The notes below the pieces were generated by a model that was not told where the DNA came from, did no database searches, and worked only from the letters and a program-made list of their open reading frames with translations. A stretch of DNA of 64,000 nt. Origin: Ascidiella aspersa (taxonomy: Eukaryota). The DNA is taken from positions 13,330,001 through 13,394,000 of the forward strand of contig OZ004608.1 of the NCBI GenBank assembly GCA_963924565.1, given 5' to 3'. A program made the position numbers and the translations under genes. Shown here in pieces: positions 1 to 13,100 of this stretch; position 1 is the first letter of the stretch, and the number at the start of each line of letters is the position of its first letter.

Positions 1-240
1 GAATGGAAAATAAACTATTGCTACCTGGTGTAATGGTAATAAAAAATAAATAATCAAGGACACTTGCATAAATTGTCGAAACCTTGGACAACAAACACAA
101 TTAGTAGAGGAGCTTTTTTATTAAACAAGTAGTTTAGAGAGATCATGGTAGTATAAGTGACCTCATAAATGACAATGCACATACCTAGCCTAGCGAACAT
201 GTTTTTTATATTTTAAAACCGTTGTTCAAATTTCTTCCAG

Positions 241-3200
241 GCGATGTGCGATCAATACTTGGCTTCAACCAGCGGTCAGCTGTTTGCTGGACAGTCCGTC
301 GTTGCCATGGTTACAAGTGTTGAACAGGAAAAGCGAAGGTACGTTGCACCTTGTCATTTGGGCCAATATCGTTTAGCCACATTTAGCGTGTGTTAGTAAA
401 ACCCAGAGATAAAGTTAAACTCGTTGTGTACGCAAATTTGAATATTGTTGATTCATCGGAATTACCTGTTTACAAGAAACCAAGTGAAACGCGTGTTTTC
501 TTTTAACAGGTTCCTGGTATCTTTGCGCCCATCAGAATGCATTTTCGAGCGACAAAGCCAGCCACGAATTGAAATGTACTGTCGCCAAAGCAACTGGATA
601 TCTGATTTAAAAACAGGTTGCCTAAGTTATCTGTATGTAACCCAAACTAACCCTTGATGATAACATATGTAATGAAATACTCGCAAAGAATATTACTAGT
701 GTAAAACCTAACTTTTAGTATAAGCTACAGATTTAAATATTGAAAAGCAGTTAGCGTAACTAGAAATCATTTATACCAAGATTAATTTTTGGGAACTAGT
801 ATTGTCCTCATTTTCTCGGTCATTCAGAAAGAATATTGATAAAAAATCCTTCCTATTGCCATGTTAAAAAAAATGTTTTGCCATTTTTACAGATAAAGGC
901 TTTAACGTCGGACAAATCGTTAAAATTAAGATTGAAGAAGATGGAAGCTGTACATTTGAGAGTGCCCAAAACGACTCCAAAGTCGTTCTACTTAACAAAC
1001 CTGGTAAATTGGTTTCAAATCTGTGTGATTTTTTCGTTCTTCATTCACAAACAACTTATCACATATTTGAGTAAATATAAACAATAGGCGTTTATACTTT
1101 ATCATATGTGTAACCCTGACTAAAAAGGGCTTGTCTTGATATTACAGCAAAATTCATTTTCACACAAAGTGTGTGTTTTGCAGACGAACATTGTGACAGC
1201 GCAAAAGCTGTTGTAATGCACTCGGACAACTCCTCAAATACTGTTTATCTGACCAACATATCGTCCGTGCTGAAACGATACAAGTCGGATAAAAAAACTG
1301 AACAGGTCAGTTGAGGTTTTACGAATATATGTTTATTCGATAGTTGTAAAACAGCCCTCAATAAAAATTCGATTTAAAACACATTTACCGTTCAAAATTT
1401 TCATGATTTTCTTTGGTAATTTGTATCCTTTAAAGCAGGGGTTCTTAAACTTTTTTTACCGCGGGTCCCGAAAAAAATTTTTTGGCTCGCATGAACCACG
1501 GTAGGCAAAAAAATGTCAAAAATGACGTCATAAATATACGTCGCAATCAGTGTTCCCTCTAAGAAAATTTTCTACTGCGCAAATATTTTTTGTAGTGCGC
1601 AAGAATATTTTCAGGCTGCGCTGGCTGGAATCCGCGCCAAATCGTTGTTTTTTTGTATTGAGGCCAGGCGTGAAAAATTTAAAGATGACGTCACAAAGCG
1701 TAATTTCATGAAACAAACATTTTCAATAAACTTAACAATGTTCAAGGATATGGCAACAAAGCGGTAGCGCGAAAAAATATCCGAATATTTGGGTTAATTT
1801 AACAAAGTGTCTCATTTTCAAAAATAGGATGCGTGCTGCTGCTGCCTTTATCGCACAATCAAGAATTACGAACAATTTACTCATTTTTATTTGTCAAGAT
1901 GACTTTGTCAACTTGTGAGGGCCATTATTGACCCCACAGCTTTATCTGCACAGAAATCGTTTAAAAACTGCAATTGTGTTAAATATTTTCGTCCTAAAAG
2001 ATGCACTTCGGTTTCATGATCCCGAATTATTGTGAAACACTCCACTGCTGTATTCGGCACTGTTCTAAACCTATTTTGTCTTTAATTTGCTGAGTAGACA
2101 TTTAATTCTACTTGAGATAAAAAAACACACACAGCCGATTAGATAAAGTAATTTATTACGTCACAATCGTCAATGAGGATTTGATTTGCTTTCGCTACAA
2201 ACATCAATGAAAAATGACCAATGCGAAATGCTCAAACTGTTGTGGCAAAAAGTGAAGATATTTTAGTTTTAATTTGACAATGATGTAAGTGCGCAAAAGC
2301 AAATTTTACTGCGCAATTTGCCTGGTGTGGCTGCGCAGTTGCGCACCTTAGAGGGAACACTGGTCGCAATACAAATAGACTTCATAAATCTGCTGATTTC
2401 TGTCCAAAAATGTGAAAGTAAAATGGAGTCCTAATACACATTCAGTGCAAAACCGTTTTATTTTTAATTATACTGTTTTCTTTGATATATTGATTACTTC
2501 CTAAATCTACACTAATATTTCAATTAGGAGTTCACGGACCCCCTAAAACTAGTTCACGGACCACCAAGGGATCCATGGACCCTAGTTTAATAACCCCAGC
2601 TTTAAAGAAATAAAACCAACTTTTCAGACCCCGGCGTCCGTTCACTGTTACGTCATGCATGTCAACGATGACGTTGCATTTGGCTACAGCAAAAGCGACG
2701 GACGAATCGTGGTTGTGGGCACTAGAATGCACTGGAACGATAGTTGCGAGCCCGAGCAAAGGTTATTCAAGGTCAACCAGGTCGTACAAGTCAGCATTAA
2801 GACGTGGTAAGGACTTTAGTCCGACAGAAAACTCTAAATCTTTCCTTGGGAACTTTAAATACTTTTTAACTTCTTGCGTGTCTGACACCTCCCTATAAGT
2901 AGGCGTAGCTGTCGTTGTAATTATCTACGTCTGAGACAAAACAAGTATACAAATAAATGATCTACCCACAAAACAAAGCGTTTAAAATTCCACCTGCAAC
3001 ACAATATTATATTCTTGATACCAGTTTTATAGGTGATCCAGCATTTTTAATAGCATTTTTTACTTTTAAGTAATCTGGGTAATCATTTTTTACTTTAGGT
3101 AATCATTTTTTAATTTAGGTAAAAAGTAAAATATTCAGTATTTCACATATCAAGTGATTGTGTGCCCTTTTTGAAACGACAATATAACAAACGGTTTAAC

Positions 3201-6200
3201 AAGTATGTTGCACGATTGTTTCAACGCTCTATAATGTTAACATACCCACAACATTGAACGTTCTATAATGTTCAGACACACACACACGGCATTAAGCGAC
3301 CATACAAGTGATTTTTCTCTTCAGTTCTGACGCGGGCCTGTTGTACGGCGAGCTGAAGCTGAAGGTGGGAGTTGGTAACAAGAGGGTTCGTCAGGACTCG
3401 GAACTGTCCGAAGCGTCGCTCGGCGACTTTTCGCAAAACTTCGGCAACATTCGGATCGGCGAAGAGGTAACCCTCCCAAACACACCTTCGATTCCGTGTT
3501 CTGATACCGTTCTTGATATTTTTTCGTGTTTAGTTGCAATCTTACTTCTTTAGCAGAACACCGGTCTTTAATGGAATTAAGCACTATATTCAATTAATTG
3601 TTTAATATATATAATACGGCTCCTAACCTAAACCATTTAAAGTTTTATTTAGTTAAGCATGTCCATTTAGTAAACAATTGCTTTTCCAAAGCCTTTCCTT
3701 GATTGTAGTCTGACGTTCTATTCAAATTAGGTGGGACCAACACCACACTTGTTTGGCCTGGTTTGTATGCGAATTTTCGTCCTTACAAAAATTTGGCGGC
3801 AAATAAATTAACACAAAGGAATAATGCATTTATTTTGGGTGGGGGACAACCGGTACATCATATTAACGAATAACGCCCTCCAGGTTAGAAATAGTTGTAC
3901 GAAACCGAAAAATTAGATTGTATACGATCGAGCGTGTTCTAGTAGTATTTTCCCTTGACAAAATTAAAACCGCTCAAAATTGAATTACACGGCCACCCCG
4001 TCCTATTGTTGAGAATCTATGTTTTATCCCATCGTTTAAGAATCTATGTTTTATTTTGCATGTGATGTTTCCAGGTGTCGGGCACTGTTAAATCGATACG
4101 AGCCACTTGCGCGCTCGTCTTGATTGATTCGCTGCCAAGGACTGACGGGCGCCCCCTAGTGGGAAGGCTGCACGCTTCCGAAGTCGAGAAAGATTTGGCA
4201 GATGACGTCATGCCGCTTTCCAGGTAAACTGAGCACTATTAAGCGAGTAGCATATTTATTTAACTTTGCCGTGCGCGAATTTTAACCGTGTTCTGTTACA
4301 TTAAGAAGTCCTGCTAACTTCTATCGGTCGTTGTGGCTAAATTTTCATTATTAAATTGACCATTGATACCTTTCCTCTGTATACAGTTTGGACAAACCCC
4401 TTAATCTAATCTCTGCATTTTTGTAACTGTGCTTTCCGCAGTTAGTAGATACATGTTGTTAACGTCATACCATTTTTTTGCGGTGATCATGCGAAATGAC
4501 TTACTAAACAGATAAAACTTTATAGTATAATTCTTTGAGTCGTAGTAAGACGTAATAAGAATATCAAAGTTTAAAAACGTTCAAAATGATACGTACTTTT
4601 GTATGGGCTTTGATATTTTTATTACATAAAACTTACATATTTCAAACACTTTCGTTGTATACGTCACCCTTAAAACTGGGTGTTTTTAAAAACTTCAGTG
4701 CGTTTTTCTTTTTTACAGGTTGCGAGTAGGTCAAGCGGTGAAATGTCACGTGATCGGCTGCCGCAGCGTCCGCACTCACCAGTTCCTCGAAATCACCAAC
4801 CGATCCGCCACCAGGGGCGTGCCGGAGCTGAGCATGATGCGCACTCGGGCCACTGCGCAGCTCGGTGACCTCTCGTTGACCGAGCGCTTCCCGCCCGGCA
4901 CGCACGTGACCGCCTACGTCAAACATGTAAGTGTTCCAATCGGTGTATTTCGGGTGTATTTTTCATCGCACTTCGTATTCGATGTTGTGTTTTTTTGTGG
5001 GATTAGTTGCGGTGACCTCCGTTTGTTAGTTTGCCTTTTTTTTTTAGGTAAAACGTGGAATTTAATTTATGAACATCTGACATCTCTATACCTGTAATAC
5101 GAAGGGAAAACAGGCGTTTTTTACATTATCGCGTAACTTATCATTAGGAAAATACTAAAAAAAATGTGTATACTGTATACTTCAGCTTACACAACGAAGT
5201 AAAAATAAAGTTTTAAAAAATCTTTAGCATAAGCGAACTATTTTCATTTTTAGTATGACAAAAAAAGCAACGGCGTTCGTGTCGAGGTGGAACCAGGGGT
5301 TAACGCCTTTCTTCCCCGCCTACTAGCCTCGCAGCAGCCTTTGACGGCCCGAAAGGCCGAGACCCGGTTTCGACCGGGCCGCGGGTTCCATTGCGCAGTG
5401 GTGCGGAACGATGGAAAACACCTAATTTTGAGCAGAAGAGGTAACATTTTGAGCTCTACACAAAGCAGAGATTTTGTTTAAGTAAAGTGAAAATTTTGTG
5501 AAAATTGGATGGTTATTTTTCAAAATAGTTAACTAATATTTAAAGCTATTATTTTTTGGCATGTTATTTTTGTTTAAATATCTTATTCTACCCACTTTTT
5601 TGTGGATTCACATTTAAAAACAAATCACGGCCGCCCATTTAAGTACTATTATTTTAAACCCACCGAAATAGAAAGCAGGTCTAATAATTAAAAAAGCAAT
5701 TAGGTAAGACGAAAATGTGATAACAACGTGATATTTTGGCGAATGTTGTTTTGTCCGGTCAATTGCTGATTGTCAGACACTCGCCGGACAATGGCAAGTG
5801 TCAATTTTAATTCAACATCAACCCTGCTTTAGGTGCGTTGATTGACCTCAGCACTAAAGAAGACGTTCAGGTTCTTGCCAAGGGTTGTGTCACCAACGGG
5901 GAAGTCCGCAAAGTGGTTCCCGACGGGCTGCTGGTTCACACCGAACCCAAAAGTCACGGCAAGATCTTCATTACGGACCTCAGAGATGAATTTCACGAAC
6001 AGCCACTTGAAGATTTCAAAGTCGGGAGTGTTGTCAGGTAAAACGTGATACCCAATGCAAACTGAATATAAAAAGAAGATATCTCCTCTCCCTAATACAC
6101 GTTAATGGCGACAATGACTACAAATGGCAACGATATACTTTAGACTTTCTTGTCTGAGTCAAAATCAGTCATTTATAGGTTTTATTTATAGAGAAATCTA

Positions 6201-7096
6201 TTTCGCCAATCCGGCATCATCAATCTCTGAAAAAACAAACACAAAATAATTTAAACACGTAAACTAGGTGGTAGCAATTAAAAGACGTAATATTCACTCT
6301 TTTTAAGTCCCTGTCATTTCTTAAATTATTGTAACTTTCCAGTTTTCAAATAGTTTTCAAATAATATTCGTTATGGTTGTCCCAATGTCAATGGAACTTA
6401 GCTATCTTAAGATTTAACTGACAGGTGCGCTGTTGTCGACTGCCACAATTCCGATCAACTCGTTTTCTCCGCGCGTCACTCAAATGTGGGTGACGTCACC
6501 ACTGACGTTGTGGATCCTGACGTCACCGCCACCGACTTATCGCCAAAACAACGGATTCGTGGTTACATCAAGTCTTCGTCCCAGGCAAGAGACGATTTAA
6601 TTTTAAAGTTTTTCGTTGATTTGATACATTTTACTATATTATTTGCATGTTTTTTTAACAATTTTCCTCGTGTGTGCCTTATACCGAGAATTTATTGAAC
6701 TGCCGACAAAACGGCGTGGCGAAAAAATTAACTTAATGTATGCGAAACCAGCTCAAAACCAACAGTGTGGTTGGTATGCAGAAATTTGCGTCAATATAAT
6801 TTCATTGAAAAAAGGCTCGGCCAACCTGAAACAGTCTCCCACTGGTTAAGAAGCGCTACTCAAAAGGTTGTAACTTCTTTGTTTTATCTAGGCTGGAATT
6901 TTCGTCACTCTGTCGCGCGTTTGTCACGGTCGAGTGACTTTCAAGCGAGCAAGCAAATACTACGTGGCGAAACAAGACAAAATGGCCGAGTACTTTCCCG
7001 CCGGCAAACTGGTTCACTGCTCCGTAGTCAGGTATGCATTTCCAACTTCATTGTGCGTGAAAAGTGAAGTTCAACTGTGTATGTGTGTGTGTGTGT

Positions 7097-7139
<43 letters not shown>

Positions 7140-10100
7140 CGAGTGTGTTAAGGATCTTATACGATATTGTTGTGAAAAATCATATACGGCTGTAACTGTA
7201 ACGGTCTTTAAGATAAAGTGTGTTGTGTTGTGCGATTTCTAATGCTCAAGGGTGCCGATAGGTTATTTGAGAATTTTTAAGAATTTTTGGCTCACATTGG
7301 TGAACTTATTGATACAACAATTTGTGCACGATTAGAGACCATTATATTAAGTGACATTTTCCTACATGTTTTAAGTTGTTTGTGTTGTTCCAGTTTCATT
7401 TATAGTGACATTGTACTAAAACACGAAAATTCCAGTCGGTGTGCCGTAAGCCATAAAAGGTTGAGAACCACATTTGTAACCGATCATTCAACTTTTTGTT
7501 TCGCAAACAGTGTTTCGCCCAAAGACGGCAAGGTTGAGCTTTCATTGTTGGAGGAGGACACTGGTCATCCGGATCCTCTTCCGGAGTCACTCAAACTTCC
7601 TCTTCGTGGAGCAAATAAGAGAACTGCAGGAAAGAACGACCACGGAGAAACGGCGTCTAAGTAAGATCAATTTTAAAAAAAAATTCAAGTTGAATCTTTT
7701 TTTTTTATAAGATTAATTTTTTATTTCTATTAAAGGTTTTTGCGATCATTTACCATTTTGTGAGTTTTCTGGTTTATTTTTAGAAAACGCAAGACGGAGA
7801 TAAAGCCAAAGATTGAATCGAAAGTGATCGTCGAGGAAATGATAAAAAATCCCGTTAAAGAAACCAAAAAAGTCAAGGTATGTGAAATCGAATAGTTTTG
7901 CCCCATACTATTTTTCTAACAGCAGTCGTCTGCTTTATATTCAAACCCCGGAATGCCCACCGCAACAATAACCACTGCAGTTATTTAAAAACCGAAGAGC
8001 TCTCAAAACAAACGTTTTCTTTTGAAGTTTATTTTGGGATCAAAACAAACTCCGAATCCCTTTGGAACGGGGGGTGGCGGCTTAGTTATCTTTTCGCTCC
8101 ATACGGCGCCATATTGGATTTCCTGTTCCCAAAGATCCGAGCGTGCAATGGCGGGAGACAATGCCCCTAAACTGCCGGCAGAAGATATTTCTGTGCTCCC
8201 AATATCCCGTTACCGTATCCTTTGCGCTATACGGTACACCTACGCGCGCGAAAAGAAGCGACTCTAAGAGCGTCGCTGCAAAATACGAGCGATTGTACGA
8301 TTAAAATTGGCACCCAATGATAAGTCGGCTGCGTTTACCCCGACGGGCTCGCGTATAAATAGCCCGCGATTGCTTCCTGCATATCCTGGCAGTTGGCCAA
8401 GGATTGGATTACAATTCAATGAATTTAAACAAAGTTAATGCAGAACGGTTTCGATTGTGTCGCGTTGAGCCAAAAAGCATTGACAACAATACAGGTGTCT
8501 AAATAATCGTACTTGCTTGCCACAGGGTGTATGAATCTTTGAATGCCTTTAAATACATTTACCTATTAAAAAGTCCTTTTTTTCCAAAAGTTTTTAAAGT
8601 TAGAATTTACTTTATTTGCACCTTGAGTTATGTTTTTAAAAAGTACCGCAGTAAAATAATTTTTTATACCATATGTTATTTTGTTTACCATCGCATTTAT
8701 ACAGTTTTGTTTTCAAATTATATTCAGAATACGTAAAAGTGTTACTACTTTAGGTTTATGGAAATATATATACATTTGAAAAGTCTTGGAATTTATTTCA
8801 TAAAAATGCATTACAACTCTGTCGTAGATGTGTAGGGTTTTGTATTGCTTTTTAACTAGCATTTTGCAGGTTGTATTTATTTATTTTTTCTCTAACAATC
8901 ACTTTGTTGGCGCACCGTATTCGCCCACTGGTTACAAATGATACTGCGCAAAACTAAAGATCAAAATTCAAAACACTCATAAGAAAAGTTGTAAGGGTGA
9001 TTATTAACCGACACACCTATTTTAACTAACTCACGTAATAGCCCATGTAAATTTGTATAAGCACTATAAGAGGGCTGATACAACAAAAAAAGAAAAAAAT
9101 CTGAACTAAATTGACCAACTTGTGTGATAACGTGGGATAAAACCGACACCCAATCCTTCCAAGGTTTAAAGTGTTTGTTTTTCCACGGGAAAAAAAATTG
9201 TTCCCATAAATGCGTGAACGTTTCTCGCACGGCTTGCAATTTTACCGAGCTCTCATATTTGCCGCCCGCTCCAAATGATTATATTATTACAATAATAATA
9301 AAACTCCAATGAGAAAACAATCAAACTCTCGCCTTTCTTTTCCGCCCCGAAAGAGTCCGATTTCGATTTTTCCCCGACCTAAAAACAAAGGCGGTGCGAT
9401 TGGTACGTGACGAAAGTAGAAGAGCGAACGCTCTCGAGAAGTTTCAAACGATGCAAGGGCATTGTCGCGTCACAGACGGGCGCATTGTGACGTCGCCGGT
9501 GGCTGACAGGCGATGGAAGTTGGCGACGAGTGTGCCAATCAACTCTGGTCGCCTGGAAAGGGGGAATCGCAGGCGAGACAATCGCGCCGAAAGGGTGTTT
9601 CCGCGTTTTGGCACTTTTGCCAATCACCCTCGAGCCTTCTGTCGTTCAGGCAGGTTTGCCCTGCGCTAAAGTATTTTTCTCACGGATCGAGCCCTGCGAA
9701 CGAACCGAAACCTAGAAACCTTTGTGTGTGACGTCACTCTCTCTTTCTCTCTGTAGCCCGTAATTTCCGCACGGCTGTTTTCCTGTGTTTTTTCCTTTGT
9801 ACTTTAAGTCGCGCTTCTGCTCTTAGCACTGTCCGTCAAAACATCGATCTTAAAATATCGCGCTAAACGTATTTCCATCCTGTTGAAATACGGCAATGGA
9901 GTAATTTCCTACATTATATGTCTATTGTCTATGCTCTATGGCAGTGGTTCCCAACACGTTTTTAAGGCGAACCATTTTGAAAAAAAAATAATTTTGTATA
10001 ATCTTGCTATCCAAGCAAATACAAGATTACGTTGCAAACAAACTGCACTACAAAAGCAGTTACTTTTTCCGAAAATAATATGTTTATTAAATCACTAATG

Positions 10101-13100
10101 AGATAGTTGTGCTCGCTTGCTCTCAGTTAGTTTTTGAAATTTTCACGCATGTCAGCTTTAACTTTCAGCCGGTTTCGCTGTTTAGTTTTCATATTTTGTG
10201 ATTATGATTTCCAGTCTTGTGAAAAGATACAATATGCCTGAAAAACAAGCGACCCCCAAAAATAATCAGGCGACCCAACTTTGGGTCTTAACCCATGCGT
10301 TGGGAACCACTGCTCTATGGCACAGATCCCTATTTTTTTGTGAACTTTGTTTTTTTTTTCGCAATTTTTAAGTGAACTGTGGCCCAGTTTTGACAAACAA
10401 GAACAAAACTTTGTCAATCAATACAACACTATATTTTAGGTTTGAAGTAATTAAGACAAAAGTTTTATTTTGAATCGTTTTAAAGTTCTCTATGGACCCT
10501 AAAGTGTAGACCGCTCTTTAAGAATAACTGCTGTAGATTGTTGAGCCAATTTTTCCCACAATTCTATTTTTACGTTATTCACATTTGTATTTCGCTCTTT
10601 AATTGTTAAGATACTCCGTGTACAGATTAAAGGACCTAAAACCGTGGAATATACCAACGATGACGTCATGGACCCGGGGTTCGTTTGGGAGGATGACGTC
10701 AAAGTATCACGTGATAGCGATGAGGAAGGTGACAGCGGAATCGAAGACAACAAGCCGGTATGAAGTTCAAAAGATTGATTCTCAAGATAATGAATTGCAA
10801 AGCCAAAATGGTCGAGTGGATCGATTCGAGCTTGTGTACTTTTAGATTAATGTTAACTGAAGATGATACAAGTTCGTATCAAAACGTCCTAATCTAGATG
10901 ATTTCGATGTACTCGACCTTTTTGGCTTTGCAGTTTATTATCAATCTACATTACATATTCGTGCCTAATGTACCCAATTCTAAAGATAATACATGTTTTT
11001 TTCGCCAGATAAAATAACGTGAATTTTCTTTTTCGAGTAAAAGAGAATTACGCAATACTGGAAACCCCTTTTTTACAAAAAAAATTGCCGTTTCAACAAT
11101 ATTAAATTAATTTTAATAAAGGCAACGGGAATCCGAACGTTTCATGCCGATATAGTTCGTTCAATAAATTCAACCTAACATTGCCAACTGTACATAATGC
11201 GAACGTCCAACGACGTACGACGTCATAACGCTTCGGTCCTTCTCCAGGCGAAAACATCGAAGAAGCAAATCCAAGAGGCACAGGAGAAAGAGGAGAGTGA
11301 GATCAGGAGAAAGGAGGAGGAGCTAATGGACGACGACAGGACTCCTCAGAGCGCAGCTGAATGGGAAAGGATAATGGTGTCCAACCCGCAGAACTCGATG
11401 GTGCGTGAAAACTAATGGATCCGATCCGATACTGAAGTCTTTATCATTGTACAGGAATTCATTAATAACACACAAAGGCTTACATAAGTGGATTCATATC
11501 TTATTCAAATAGAATACAAAACAAGGTTATTAAAACAGAAACAGCATCAGTGTAAGTTAAAAACATCATCGCCAAACACTTACAAAATAACTATAACAAT
11601 GTGAACTCCTACCGCGACAAGGTGGTAACACCAACTGCCGAAAGGACAACTACAATGTCAAGGCACCATGTGCTCAGTAACCTTTGACCGTATGACCGCA
11701 AATAATAGAATGCTTACACATTTAAAGAGGTCATAAAGCACATCGAAATGCGCATTAGCAAACTCACTGTTAATGTTAACAGTGGGCATTAAACCAGTTT
11801 AATCATAGGATAGGATATGATTTAATTTAGAACATATTAAAAAATCGACGAAATTAAATTGTTTGGCAATATTTGGCATTCCCAGGAGACAGCGAAAGAC
11901 CGTAAGGTTCATCTAATCAGCTGTCTCCTGGTTTAGATTCAGTTCGAGAAAACTGTAAAATTAAAACGCTAAATTCGAAACATAAAACAGGCAGAAATCG
12001 TTGTATGTTAAATACAGCAACTAATACTACCTTATACTCATTTCAAATTAAATATAAAACAAGAATGTTATGGGAAATGCATATACCTTATAAACAGATT
12101 AGTATGTGTATTATTGTGCAGGCAACTAAGTTAATTACCAGCAACAATTGTAAAAAGTCTAGTTCTGATTATTGTCGTACTAATGCATAGTAAAGGATAA
12201 ATCTAAGACAAAAGCACAAACCAAATGAGCACAAAACAAAAAACAAACTCCTTTGAATTAAAAGTAACAGTAACATGGGAATTTTTTTAAGAGAAAAATC
12301 CCTTTTACGTGAACTTAAAGTTTTCCTGTATTTCCCCCAGTGTTGTAATGACTTAGATAATGATTTTAGTCAATGACTTGAATTAAGTGCACTTAAGTCT
12401 TTCGTACAAATGACTTGAATTTGTGTCAAATTACTTGGTTGAAAGGAAGTGTTTTCATAATGCAATTGTTTTTAGAATTGGGCAACTCATCTAAATTTCC
12501 ACGTAAAGCAGTCTGTTAACTATGGGTTGCGTTTTTGTTATTTTTAATTGAGATATTGCCTACAATAATAGGACGGCTTTAGCAATATTAATATTTTAAC
12601 CTTTTATTAAAACTTGATTCAAAGCAGACTTGCTCTAAAAATGACTTGGAATAGGCCTGGTTATTTATTGAAAATTACTTAACTAGGACTTAAGTTATTT
12701 TAGAATTAACTTGAGTGGCATTTCGAAACACTTGTTTACAACACTGTTTCCCTCTCTTTGCAGATGTGGGTTCGCTTCATGGCCTTCCACCTGCACGCCA
12801 CTGAGATCGACAAGGCGAGGGCGGTCGGCGAAAAAGCGCTTAAGACCATTTCGTTCCGGTGAGTAAAACAGGCAGTACGATTTTTTTAGTAAGTGCTGCT
12901 TAAGCTACAGAAGGAGCTAGCGGTTTTTCGCTGTCAGCATCAAAATTATCTGCAAAATGGTATCAGATTAAACGAGTGTGTTTATTCTCATTACAATTGA
13001 AATGATTTGATAAAAACCTTTGTGAGCGCTATTTTTTTTTTCATTAACACTTTGACATAACGGCACATTGTGTTTAAATAGTTTATCGACGTACGTAATA

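Noticed and set aside
11881-11931. Hammerhead or other ribozyme in the GGAGACAGC hairpin
   Set aside because: It has GAAA and stems but no correctly placed CUGANGA core. It is better explained as a retroelement 3' stem-loop.
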